A stretch of 64,000 nt of DNA from Blastocystis sp. Blastoise (taxonomy: Eukaryota; Protista; Bigyra: Opalinata). The stretch covers positions 868,001 to 932,000 of the forward strand of contig JBBPEB010000004.1 of the NCBI GenBank assembly GCA_039096225.1, in the 5' to 3' direction. Shown piece by piece: positions 1 to 17,345 of the stretch. Position numbers and translations under genes: made by a program. Positions within the stretch are counted from its first letter, which is position 1; every line of letters starts with the position of its first letter. The notes below the pieces were generated by a model. That model saw nothing but the letters and a program-made list of their open reading frames with translations, had not been told where the DNA came from and did not search any database.

Positions 1-356
1 GGTCTATTTGATAATGAATCAACACATCAACCATATCTTTATTTCCTTTCTTTAAAAGAATGACGCACTTGATCAGATTCTAAGTACGAATACAATTGGA
101 TAAAATAAAAAGAAAATGTTTTTCATTGAATATTAAGAACCGTGGAGATTCTAGTTTTCGTTGAACTTTTTATTGATTAACCAGATATTTCGTAATTATC
201 AAGCAATTGACGTGGAGATGTGTTTGTAAAGTGATCGAGACGATCTTTCAAATGTTTTTTAATTGTTTTCAAGTATTATTCATGAGTCACTATACATGTT
301 GTCGACACAAGTATGAATCATCTCGATTTACCCACGATTTAGGGAAAGATTAATAA

Positions 357-3141
357 CTGTCAAACGCGTATTGTTTTTTTCTCAAACGCGTATTTTCTCA
401 AGATTATTTTCTAAAATAAAAGAATAACTGTGATATTTTTTTCTTAGCTATATAACTTTTTATGTCAAGCTTCAGTGCTATTACACACAACATATGATTA
501 AATATTTCATTAGTGCCTTATGAAGAAGAAAAATAAGAGTCAAATTGTATTCATTTCAAGGGTGTACTCTGTCAAACTTTGTTAGGTCATTCTGATTTCG
601 TAAATACACATAGAGAATGAGTTCTGACATAATCTTGTCGACAAATAAGTCTTTGAAACTGTCTTCTAGGTCGTGATACTGAACTTCATATTCTTTGTTT
701 GTTTTAATTTATTATGATTTACTTTCTACAGAGTACTTTAAATATATTGTAATGACTTAAAAGCTAAATATATGAGATAAAATTTTGAATGGGTTGAAAT
801 CCCTATTATAAATAATCAGATTCTTCTCAAATTGATTTCAACTATTGTACTATGATTAAATGATTGAACTAATTAATAAAATAAATAAAACAATAAATAT
901 ATTTGTCATGTCATAATTCTCATTTTCAGGTTTCTGTCTTTTATTTCAGACAGTCATATTTTTATTTTTAGGTTGCATATGACGTGAATATTTTTCATAA
1001 TAATTTTTGTAGATTATAAAATATTTTATAATTATTAGAATTGTAAATGATTAACTTCCAATATCATCAAACTAAAAATAATTATATTTTCTTGAGTACC
1101 AAATACTTTTGACTACAACAATAAGCAAAAAACATAAAAATTAGTTCTTCATAGTTTATTAACACTAAACAGAAAATTTGATTTATTATGGATTTGCAAG
1201 CGTCTAGTTTCACCAAATTGATTTATTTATAATTTTAATTTATAGTTATAAGATATATGTTATGTGAACTTTAATATTATGTTAATAAATATCTTTTTAA
1301 TATTTTCCTTATGGAGAAAAATAATCATTTTCAATTGACGTTAAAGTGTTTTTCTAAAAAAGGGTTGTTACACTTAGTGATAGTTCTTGATAATTATTGA
1401 ATTAAAAACAAAAAAAATATATTCTTATATATTTAACACTCTCTTATATAAATATTCAAATGATATTTTAAAAAACAAATAATTCTTACTGGTATAAAGA
1501 AAGCTGCTAAAAGAAAGAAAAAGCCAAAAAAAAAATGATTTTTTTCTGTTATTAATTAATGTCAGGTTACCTATCTCTTCATGTAGATTGGGAACAGTTT
1601 ATATATATTAAATTAGTACAATGTTAAGTATCTCTATTTAGTAAAATATAGATTTATATATAAATATTTTAATATTTATTAACACAAAAGAAATTATATG
1701 TATATGGCTTTTTGAGTTTTTTACACTTTTTTCTTTTTTTCCCATATTGAAAAATAGAAATTCAAAAGTATGTGCAGTTTCAAACTGTTTATATGCTTGC
1801 TATTACATTATGATAGTGAAAATTCTAGAATCAATACATTATGATACAACACAATGAAATGCATTTTTTTCATACTTTTTGACAATAAAGTAATATAAAT
1901 TATAAATAAATTTCAGAATTTTAAATTATTTAAAAATGATAGATATTCGACTATAGTTGCAAAAAATATAATAAAGAGAAATAAACACATAAAGAAAACA
2001 TATATATATTTGACATAATATACATTTTTTAAAAACTCGTTTTAGGGTATTGTTATCATGCCCTTGAATCAATAAATATTTCATTAATTGTTTTCAAGGT
2101 TTATATATATAATATAGATTGATAGATGCATAATATACCAAAATTTCAATACTCTGTGACTTATTATTAACCGTCAAAATATCATAGTTAGTTAGTGTTT
2201 TTATGAAAAACAATAAAAAATGTAAAAAAAAATAAAATCCTCTTTTTGAAACACTAAATTTAATTTCAAATATTTTAATATAAATAATATAAATAAGCAC
2301 GGCTTATATTTTATACATATATAAAAATAGAAACTAGTTAATCATTCTATGAACTTCAGTAATCAGGAATATTCATGGAGTAAAGGAATGAGTGTGAAAT
2401 TTTTTGTTGTCTTTTTCATTATTCTTAATTTTTATTATATGTTTATACATAGATATTATTTTATAAATAACTTGACATATTATTTCTTTAACTAATTTAT
2501 TTTATGAGTAGGATTGTTAACTCAATATATAAAACTATAAAAAACAGTTGTTAATTGTGTGTCTAAAGGTAGTGTATTTCTTAATGTTAAGTGATTATTT
2601 TATCATTTATATTAGTCTTGATTTAGGGTTGATTATAATATCCAACAAATAATGATTTTTAATGATAATAATATGAGAATTAGCACTAAATTATTGATAA
2701 GATATTACTAATTTTTAAGATAGATACGTTAACAATAATTGCAGACGATATAGACCTCATTTATGTTGTAATAGACTAATTTTGAAAGAACATTATTCAA
2801 GTGATACTTGCTCAAACTCATTTGAGTGAAAATTATTTGTATATTCTTGAAGATAAACATATTCTTATATATTTTTTAGATTAACTCTTTTTAATAAGTC
2901 GCTCTTGTCATTAAAAAAGTTGGTACTATAAAATAAGACGAGCAACTTTGTGTACTGATTTTTCATTGTGTATTATGTGTATACACTTCATATTTATGAA
3001 GTAGTCTCTGATAGATTAGAAAAGAGTTTATGCAAAAAATTATTTAAAAAAAATAAATATCAACTGAGTTCAACCAAAAACAAAATATACACAAAAACAT
3101 AAAAATACGCGTTTGAGAAAAAAACGATACGCGTTTGACAG
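357..3141. mobile_element. Non-autonomous TIR DNA transposon, 2,785 bp (piggyBac-like termini, unclassified)
   Basis: 40-bp TIRs with 1 mismatch: 357-396 CTGTCAAACGCGTATTGTTTTTTTCTCAAACGCGTATTTT vs reverse complement of 3102-3141. Identical 4-bp flanks ATAA at 353-356 and 3142-3145. No long internal ORF. Confidence 0.85.
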
Positions 3142-3215
3142 ATAATCGAGATTATTTACAAGAGAAATATCTTAATTGATGGAAATATATAATTATTTTT
3201 TGTTATTTAGGAATC

Positions 3216-4511
3216 ATGACTTTTAATAAATTCTATTTATTAGCTTGTGCTCTTTTCTGTTGTGTTGCTCTTTCTGAAAGTATTTAAATAGACTTTAAAA
3301 CTCCATTTTATTTTTGTATAGCTGTCCAATGTGGTACTTATCTCTCTGGTTGCTACAATCGTAAGCATTCATTTTCAATAGTTGATTCTATCGTCTATTA
3401 TATGTATAGAAGTTCAACATAAATTCATTATTCAAGGTGCTAAAGGTTCTCAACCTAGATCTATTCATTATGTCGGTTATCTTTATAATGGTGTCTCTTG
3501 TTCTAGTAATAAGAACTTCTTACAAACTGATTTAACGTATTTATATAGATATATATATATATTTTTCAAATTTTTATTAACTTTTTTTCATGGTAATATT
3601 ATGTTTATATATATATAGTACTTATATTACTGATTGCCACAATTCTACTTATACTTGGGTTTGTATGTTTATTTTTCATCATAAATATTATATATATTAT
3701 TTTTATATATTGTTTTTTTTTATACTATTTTTTTATATTATATCTATATATATCTATATATATAGCTATGGAAAATTGTACTGTAACTAAATCTATTACT
3801 CATACTGCTACTCTTATTGATTACAATATTGCTGGTAAAGATTTTACTTGTACTAAGATGCCTCCTACAGGTAAACCCGTTACTGTTGGTGATACTAATT
3901 ATGAATGTAATTATGATTATATGACTCTTTGGGATGCCTTAAAGAGTATAGTTCGTTATGTTGATATTAATGATCCTTTTATGTGGAGATTCTCTACTGA
4001 TACTGAAAACTATTATATGGGTTTCATATATTCTTCTAATGAATACAGTAAAATCAGTGAAGAAGGTATATTTATATTTTTTTAATATTTTTTAATATTT
4101 ATTTTATATTATATTTATTTTATATTATATTTTTATTATATTTATATTTTTATTATATTTATATTTTTATTATATTTATTTTATATTTTTATTTAATATT
4201 CCTATAATCATAGGTTGTGATGGTTATGTTGCTCCTGTCAACTTTAGTATATATTATTATTTCAATTCTATTATCCTATTTATATAATTATAATTATATA
4301 TTATTATTTCAATTCTATTATCCTATTTATATAATTATAATAATATATTATTATTTCATCTATTTGATTACTCCTTATAGAATTAGATGCTGGCTGGTAT
4401 GTTGCTATTGCTGTTGTTATTGTTGCTGCTATTGCTGCTTTTACTTATTTCCGTAAACAAAAGAAAGCTCAAGAAGAAGATAACTTCGTCTTAATGCAAA
4501 CTCAAGCTTAA
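3216..4511 (+). CDS. Multi-exon type I membrane/surface protein (signal peptide, Cys-containing ectodomain, C-terminal TM helix)
   Basis: ATG 3216 gives MTFNKFYLLACALFCCVALSE (signal-like). GT-AG splicing joins it to ORF pieces 3382-3618 and 3768-4085. The last exon reads ELDAGWYVAIAVVIVAAIAAFTYFRKQKK...TQA, then TAA 4509-4511. Confidence 0.8.
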
Positions 4512-4978
4512 ATTCAATAGAGAGTCTAATCATTTTTGATCATAATTATTGTTAATATATAAACATATATCATCATATATAATTATATTTTTTTACACTG
4601 TTAATAATTATATCCTATTTTTTTAATGTACATTGTATTGAACAACATTTTCGTTGCTTCTTTTGTATATTTTTGTATATTTATATAAATTCTTAATTAT
4701 TTAAATGTATATACAAAAATAACACTATTTGTTGATTTTTTTTTTCATTAAATTTTTTTTTCAATCACTAAACTATTCAATCTATCTACACGTTACTAAT
4801 GAATCACAATCTCTTTAATAATAATTACTTTTAGAGAAGAACTGGATTATTATCAACAGCTAGCTTTCCATTCTAGTTAATAACTTAAATTCAGTTTTTT
4901 TTTTATCCTTTATTTCCACGTTTTATTGTTATTTTTCTTACATTTACTAAAAAATAATTTATTTTATACATTTTTATC

Positions 4979-6266
4979 ATGTATAATTTTTATAAAAAGC
5001 TTGCTTCTTCTGTTGGGCTAAGCTCTGGTGCTAATGATCAACAACCAGCAAAACAACAACAAATGGACGTTAACTATAATGTATATTACTCTATTTATGA
5101 TTAATATTGCTTTATTTCTATAGAAGAGTTCCGATGGCATCGTCTCAAGTGAGAATATGGTTGCAAATACAAAATTTCTTTTATCTCCACATGATTATGT
5201 TTGCGAAAAAACTATACAATGCCCTATTTGTGCTGACTATTTCATCAGAAATGAGGTCTATGAATGTCCTTGTGAGATGCATCATATTATCTGTTATAAT
5301 TGTCTCATTAATGAAATAGAAAATCAAAATACTGATGACGTATCATATTATTGTTGTCCTGCATGCGGTTCAGATAAGCACGAAAAGTTAGGATGCCAAG
5401 ATATTGCTTATATATATGGTCGTGGAGATCCTTTTTGTCCTGAAGCCTTTGAAGCAAAAATGGCTTATGACAAAAAATTATTTACTTTTTATTCTCGACT
5501 TATCTCTGTGAAATGTGCAAATAAATATTGTGAGGGGAAGTGTGATCTTCCTCAAGATATTCAAGCTTCTTCTTCAGGTATTTTTGTTACTGATATAAAA
5601 AAAGAATGTATATGTCCATTATGCAAATACTCTACTTGCCCTATATGTAAGGATTTCTATCATTATGGTATGGATTGTAATACAAAAGATAAAATTGTAA
5701 AAGATTATAAACAATGGGAACGATATGGAAGAGACAGTCGACATTTTGAAAAAATGAGTGATGAAGAACGAAAGAATAATTTTGAAAAAGCTCAAAAGAA
5801 CTTTGCTAACGAATTAAAGATTATTGAAGAAAATTATAAGAATGAATGTTTAGATGAAGAAGATAAATCTCGTTCATGTAAATATTGTCCTCATTGTCAT
5901 CGTGTTATTCGTAAAGAAGGTGGTTGTGATGATATGATATGTGGTCGTAATTGGCATGGAGGGAATATTCAAGATGGTTGTGGAGCTGATTTCAAATGGT
6001 CTAAAGCTGAAGCATATATTCCTGATATTCCGAAGAAGAGAGTTATTTATTTTAACGAGAAAAAACCTAAAGAAATGGTTCTTACCAATCATGATGACAA
6101 GTTTTATTGTTGTATGTGTGGTGTGTGTCCTATTAGGGGATACAGATTCAAATGTATCAATTGCCTTTCTTTTTATATATGTGAACAATGTGAATTTGAC
6201 GAACATGAAAAACATTGTAAAGGTCAACATATATTTAAATTAATTAATGATCCACATGAAGTATAA
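4979..6266 (+). CDS. RBR (RING1-IBR-RING2) E3 ubiquitin ligase with C-terminal ZZ zinc finger
   Basis: ATG 4979 MYNFYKKLASSVG..., one intron (~5081-5123), then ORF 5157-6266. It contains RING1 CPIC..CEMHHIICYNC..CPAC, IBR CANKYC..CPLC..CPIC..H..C, RING2 CPHC..KEGGCDDMICG and ZZ CCMCGVCPIRGYRFKCINCLSFYICEQC..H..H. Confidence 0.9.
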
Positions 6267-6775
6267 TCATTATATATCTACTTTTTCTTTTGTTTCTGTT
6301 ATTTTCATATTATCTTTTTCTCTCCATAATTTCATGTATTATATATATATATATATTCTTTTTATTTCGTCTTCTTTCTTTTTGTTATGAATAATATGTC
6401 ATATATTTTATGTTTTGTATATATTTATGTTCATTTGATCATAAAGTCATTTTTGTAATCTACTATATTCATTGAAAAACAGTATGAATCATATAAAACA
6501 ACTAGGTATATCATTGAGAAAAAGAAAAGAAATAATATGTTGAACAATAAAGAAAAAATAATGAACTCCTCTGATAAAACAACTAGAGGAGACTATTATA
6601 AAAATAAATTAAATAATAGATAAACTATTTAAGATATCTATTTAGTATTCGAGAGATAATAAGATACAAATAATATTAGAACGATGAATCGAAGAAGAAT
6701 AATGTAAAGATTATTTAAAGAAATTAATTATTATAAAAAAAATATTAATGTATGCTAATAGTCTTCTTCATTTAA

Positions 6776-7922
6776 TTACCTAGATAATAGAAATTGTTAT
6801 TTATAATAGTATACATATATAATTATATATATATATACCATTTATCATCATCACTCCAACCATCATCACTCCAACCATCAGACTATATATTAATAATAAT
6901 AGTAATAATGGTAATATTAATAATTATTATTATATGTATAATTATAATAATATGTATAATCATAATAATAATAATAAATATAATAATAATAAATATAATA
7001 AATATAATAATAATAATAAAATACAGTTTTTTGTGTTTTTGTAGTAGAATTGGTTTTTGGTTTTTCATCGAAATCGAGGTCAAGATCTAAATTGTCTTCA
7101 TCATCCCACCCGTCATTATTCTTTGTGGACTTCACTACTGGCTTTTCTACACGAGAAGAAGTTGATATTCTTGAAGAACGAAGAGACGTACCAAGAGGAG
7201 TAGACTTCTTTAGAACATTCTGACGGGAAACAGATGAACGAGCAGATTTTATAGGCTTTTCTATTGAAATTGTTTTTTATAATATGGAAGATGAATTTAT
7301 TATTATATAAAAAATATAAGATATATCATAATAATTGATCACTTTTGTATACAAAACATAAGTATATATTATATCATTATAAGGTGAATCATACCAGGTT
7401 TGGATTCCTATATATATATATATATATACATAATATATATATATATATATATACTTGAATAAATTCTGTTGCCCATTCATCTAAATCCAAAGGTTGATTC
7501 GCTATAAATAAATAAATATATATATATATATATATATATAAAAGAAATACAAATTGGTTTTGAAACAGTAGTAGGGCCTTTTCTCTTCTAGAAGAAAGTA
7601 GAATATATATATTAATAATAAATAGTTTAAAAAAATATATATATAAGAATATATTAATAAGAATACTGCTGGAAGACTCTTTTGAGGTTCTTTTTGTTTT
7701 TTCAACTATATTTTATAAATAATAATTATAAATAATAATATATATATACTTGATTAATAATATCTAGATTCTTTTTTAAATATTCATCTTCTTCATTCGT
7801 TTCATCGTCTTCAAAATCGAGTTTTGTTTCTGAATTATCATCCATTAATTCATTAATATTATTACTTTTAACTTCTATTTATATATAGATAAAGGAGTAT
7901 TAACATAAAGTATATACATTAA

Positions 7923-7954
<32 letters not shown>

Positions 7955-8150
7955 CTTTCACTTGGTATATTGGTATTTACAAAGTCATTATTTGAATCTA
8001 ATAAATCAGAAGTATCACTTGCATCAGACATATTCATATCATTAGAGAAAGGATCGGACGCAGGCTTTGTCGATTTAGGTTTCTTAACGGTAGGTGTGTC
8101 ATCAAATAAATCATCATCTAAATCATCATCCTTCCAAGCATTATCTTCTT

Positions 8151-8202
<52 letters not shown>

Positions 8203-8240
8203 AAGAATAAAGAATAAAGGATATCACTCAATAATTATTA

Positions 8241-8288
<48 letters not shown>

Positions 8289-9224
8289 GTGTGGCATTAA
8301 TATTAAATTTATTAAATATTTCATTTTCATTGACAGGAGTAGAATTAGTATTTGTATAATTGCTATTATTATTATTATTACCACTCTTAACACTACTAGT
8401 ACTTGCAGGTGCTGTATCTCCTCTGAAAGAACTCGTTTGAACAGAAGAAGAAGAAGAAGAAACTGAAGTCATTCTATTAGCGTTATTTGTAGAAGAAGGA
8501 GAAGTAATAGGTGCTCCTGTGACCATTTTACTCACTATATTTACAGCTGAAGATATATAAGCTGCAGGAGCATAAGAAGAAGTAGAAGTAGATGAAGAAG
8601 GAGGATTATATACAGGAGCTGAACCTGTCTTTAACCATTTTGCATGATATTCCTATGAATTGAGGTATCGTTAATAACAAATAATGAATATCTTATTATT
8701 ATTAGGATTATAATTCAAATAAATATTGATATATTTATATGATGAATAATGAATAGATACTTTAAGTTGATCTATTAATTGTTCTACTGTTGCAAAGCAT
8801 TCAGTTCTCACGTTATCATCAGCATCCCAAAGAAGAGGACATAGAGCGGGTAATAACTTTGTAGCTAAGAAATGTCCATCATAAAAGTGTTTATTGATGG
8901 AAATAGCCTTAAGAGATTGTTCTCTTGTTTTCGGGAAAACATCACGTAAACCACGACCAATACAGGGAAATATACTTTGTTTACGAACAACTTCATTTAC
9001 AGAAGATGCAATGCGACCTAGACAAATAATAACATTGGTTCTAATGGCGGGAAGAGGGTCTTGTTGAAGGAGGGAAAGCATTTGAACACATTTCACTTGA
9101 TTTCCATCATTTAATTTACCTGCTAAGGAGAGCATAGAACGAATTGTTACTTCTTTCATTTTATTATTTGTATCTCTAAAATATATATATATATATATAT
9201 TTAGATATATAAATAAATGTATCT

Positions 9225-9255
<31 letters not shown>

Positions 9256-11379
9256 CGTAAATCCAGTACATATTTGATCAAATAATTTACTATTTAATTC
9301 ATGAGAAGATAATTGGTTAATATAAGAATCAATATTTTCTAATAAAAGAACACGAGTTGCACGATCCTTTCGAGAAAATAATGAAAATACACAGGGTGAT
9401 ACTAATTTACTAAATTGTTCGTCATTCATTGATTTTCCTATAAATAGAATACAAGGTAAAACATAGGGACCTAATTGAACATCCCCGTGGTAAACTTCAT
9501 CTTCTAATAAAGGTAAGATATATTCAATACATATAGTCTATATATATATAATGTTATATAAGATAAATTAAATAATAAAACAATATAAATCAGAAATTAT
9601 TATTTAAAAGAAAAGATTTAAAAATAACATACAGAGGGAAAAGAAGGTAAATATTTAATTAGTGACTGATAATAAACATATTTTTGTTCATTTTCTTTGA
9701 TACTCTTTTCATCCAAATATTGAATACATTTGACAAGTGGATGCTTTAAGAATGTAGATGAAATCAATTTACTAGGTGGAGGACGTGCCAAAGGAGCATT
9801 TTTACACTTATATATACTGCTATCAATCACGTGAGGGTGAGGGATTCCTTCGAATACTGTTTCCATTAAACTATAGAATGTAATCATATATATAAGAATA
9901 TGTAAATAGTATTTATAATGCAAAAGGTTATATATATATAAATAATCAAATGATATATATATATATATATATGATGAATAAATGGTAAATTTTATAATGC
10001 AAAAGGTTATGTATATATAAATAATCAAATGATATATATACATAATGAATACAAAAAAATAAATATTCATATATAAACAATTAAATAATAATAATAATAA
10101 TAATATATATACATAATGAATACAAAAAAATAAATATTCATATATAAACAATTAAATAATAATAATATATATACCATCCCAAGGCATAACTATCAACAAT
10201 ACAACTATTACATTCATTGATAAGCTTATAATCACGATTATTTAATTCAGGACAAATATATGATGAAATCTGCTTATCAATATTACTCCTAAATAAATAG
10301 AAAAAAAAAGAAATAGGTGATATATTTATATTTATATAATATATAAAAATAAATAAATGTATATATATACGTAAAATAAGCAGGTGGTAATTCATCTTGT
10401 TTATAATCATATAACATATCAAAACAACCCAATTTCCACATACCATTTTTAGTGACAAAAACACTGTTTTCATTAATAAATCCATGAATATGTTTTGTAT
10501 CTTCATTAATAAATTGAAGGCAAGAACAAATGTTATATAAACCAACCATTATCCAACTAACAAGTTGATCTCTATAAAGAAAAATAAATAAAAAGATAAA
10601 ATAAATAAAAATATAAAATAAATAAAAATATATAAAATAAATAAAAATATAAAATAAATAAAAATATAAAATAAAAAAAAATATATAAAATAAATAAAAA
10701 TATAAAATAAATAAAAATATAACATAAAAAAAAATATAAAATAAATAAAAATATAAAATAAATAAAAATATAAAATAAATAAAAATATAAAATAAAAATA
10801 TACTCTTCAATTTTGTCAGGGATCAGATAATTAATAGGATTTGCATTATCTTTCTTTTCTTTTCCAGTTGCAAATTGTAGCCATCTCTTTAAAGGAATAC
10901 AAGCTTCAGTAATCTATATACATAATAATAATAAAATATAGCATAACAAATAATTCGAATAGTAACTAATTATATAATTACTTAATTATTTTAAAGATTA
11001 CATGAAGAATAAAAAATAAATATATAAATACATAGAAAACACCTTTATCTGATTCATTTCCATTAATGTACTTTAATACTGCAGGATGTCTGAATGTTTT
11101 GATTCTCTTTAAACTAAAAACATATATTAAAACATTATCAACATAAATACAAATGAAATAGAACATATAAACATACGCATTTTCAGCAGTAGTTGTACGA
11201 ACTCCAGTTTTAAAGAGACAACATTCTGAATTATCAGTTTTATTCTTTCCATACGATAATTCCCATCCGAAATCACTCGTAAATGCACGTTCAGGTTGAG
11301 AAAATTCATAATCACTCATGAATGCAGTATCCGTCGAAGCAGTACCACTACCTACAAGATAATTCAATACACGTAACAT
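6776..11379 (-). CDS. SCYL1: SCY1-like pseudokinase (N-terminal kinase-like domain + HEAT repeats + acidic tail)
   Basis: KRIKTFRHPAVLKY; HIHGFINENSVFVTKNGMWKLG; LFSRKDRATRVLLLENID; DPLPAIRTNVIICLGRIA; RGLRDVFPKTR; C-terminal DGWDDED/DGWSDD repeats. The final spliced exon gives W then TAA (6776-6778). Confidence 0.9.
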
Positions 11380-12507
11380 CTCTAAAGAAGAATAAATGAA
11401 TTCCTTTCAGAAATAACCTCCTTTTAATTATTTTCAATTTTTTTTTCCTGACTTGGAAAATGTCACGACTTTCAGTCAAAATCCATAAATGTTCCTGATT
11501 TTCTAAGAATACATCAATAATTCTTTATTAATACTCTTTTTCTGATGATTTGATTAACAATCTCTATTATATAGCTATCTAAATGCATTGCTATTTTCAA
11601 GAAATATACAATTTCATTAATTTAAAACATAACTACAAATCTTCATATTCGTCATTATTCTATTTGATTTTTATTTACCTTTGATGCAATCTCTAAGACG
11701 TTTGTGGAACTGTAGAATGTATTTAAGTATTATAATTAGCAAGTAAATTGTTGCTTGTATTGACTAATTACGTATTTTTCATTAAATACTAACTTTCTAA
11801 ATATAAAATATAATGTACATTGTGTACAAATAATTTTAATCAACCAAATCTTCTTTTACTTTAGAATAATAGGTCATTTCCATTATTATTTATATAAAGA
11901 AGACTTTGAAACAATTTTGTATTAATATACATACATGTTATTTACGTATGAGCTTATAATTTAGTGTAAGAAATGATTTGTAAAAAATGCTAAAAAGAAA
12001 CTCACATATCTTTTTATTTGATAGTAATGAATGGATCAAGCAAATATAGCTCCAAAGAAATACAAGCTTTATATGCATTTATACTACCGAAAAATTAATG
12101 TTGATCATTATTAATTTGTTCTTTTATCATTTCGGTCGTTATAAAATATACTTTTGAAACTTTATTTGTATATAAAATCTAGTCTTTAGAACATATATAT
12201 AAAGAATTATGAGGAGAAGAACACAATTGACAAAAAGAGAAAGATATTTAAATTCACGGGAAATACTCGTCATATAGGGATATCTAATAAATGAACCACG
12301 AAAAACTTATAATTATGTCGACGAATGTTGTGTAATTCTATTACTCTTCTTTTCATACATTCCAAAACTGTTCGTTAGTGATTATTTTTTAATAATTTGT
12401 TATTTTCTGTGTCAACATCATCTTAGATATTATAAAAATCACAAAGAGATTTCATTTATATCCAGCAGCGTCTTAGATCTTAATTTCTTGGTTTGAATAT
12501 CACTACT

Positions 12508-16570
<4,063 letters not shown>

Positions 16571-17345
16571 ACAAACGATATGATTATTGTATACATTCTT
16601 TTCATATTTTTCTTCTCACTGTTATATCATATATTCAAATTTAATATATATACTATATATATATATATATATATGTTATTTAGTCTTTTTCAATTTCTTC
16701 TAAAATATTTCTATCCTTTATAACTTATCACTATTATGATTCTTTTCATTTTCCATTTTATTTTATTTATTTCTATTCCTTATTTTAAATTAAATATCTA
16801 CACAACCGAATCAATATTATATGCTTTATTTTTTTCATAGAAAAATAGTTTTTAATAACATTTTTTCAATTCTCTATTTGATAAAGAATCTTTGATAGTC
16901 TATTTGTTTTCTAGTTGCTATAGAATGCGAAAAAAGCAGTGAGGATGATAATCAAAAGACTATTTTATCAATGGAAAAATGAAAACTCCAACAATCACTC
17001 TTAAAATTCTTTTCTCATAGCATAACTATCTCAATAAAGCAGACTTTAATTATATTATAATAACAAATTAGTATGATCAATATTTTATAAACAGTTAAAT
17101 AGCAAAAAACGATATAAGATTTAAAAATTTTAAGTTTTTTCAGCATAATTATAGTATATTTCATCTTAGTAAATGAAATTTTCAGGAAAAAAATTCAAAA
17201 TATTAAAAAACTTTTGAAAACGCTAAATAGTTCATAATTTTCTATACAGTATGTATTTAGTAAAATATCATTCATTAGAATATACTATTATAATTTCCAG
17301 TTTGTTTTAAATTTAATTTATATAGTTATTCATACAAATTATATT

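Noticed and set aside
5107-6243. Alternative ORFs overlapping the RBR gene (5107-5319, 5941-6243, 5874-6230)
   Set aside because: Shadow frames of a well-supported CDS.
6794-7135. Ile/Tyr-rich ORFs here and similar YIYIYI ORFs elsewhere
   Set aside because: Translations of (TA)n/(TAA)n intronic microsatellites.
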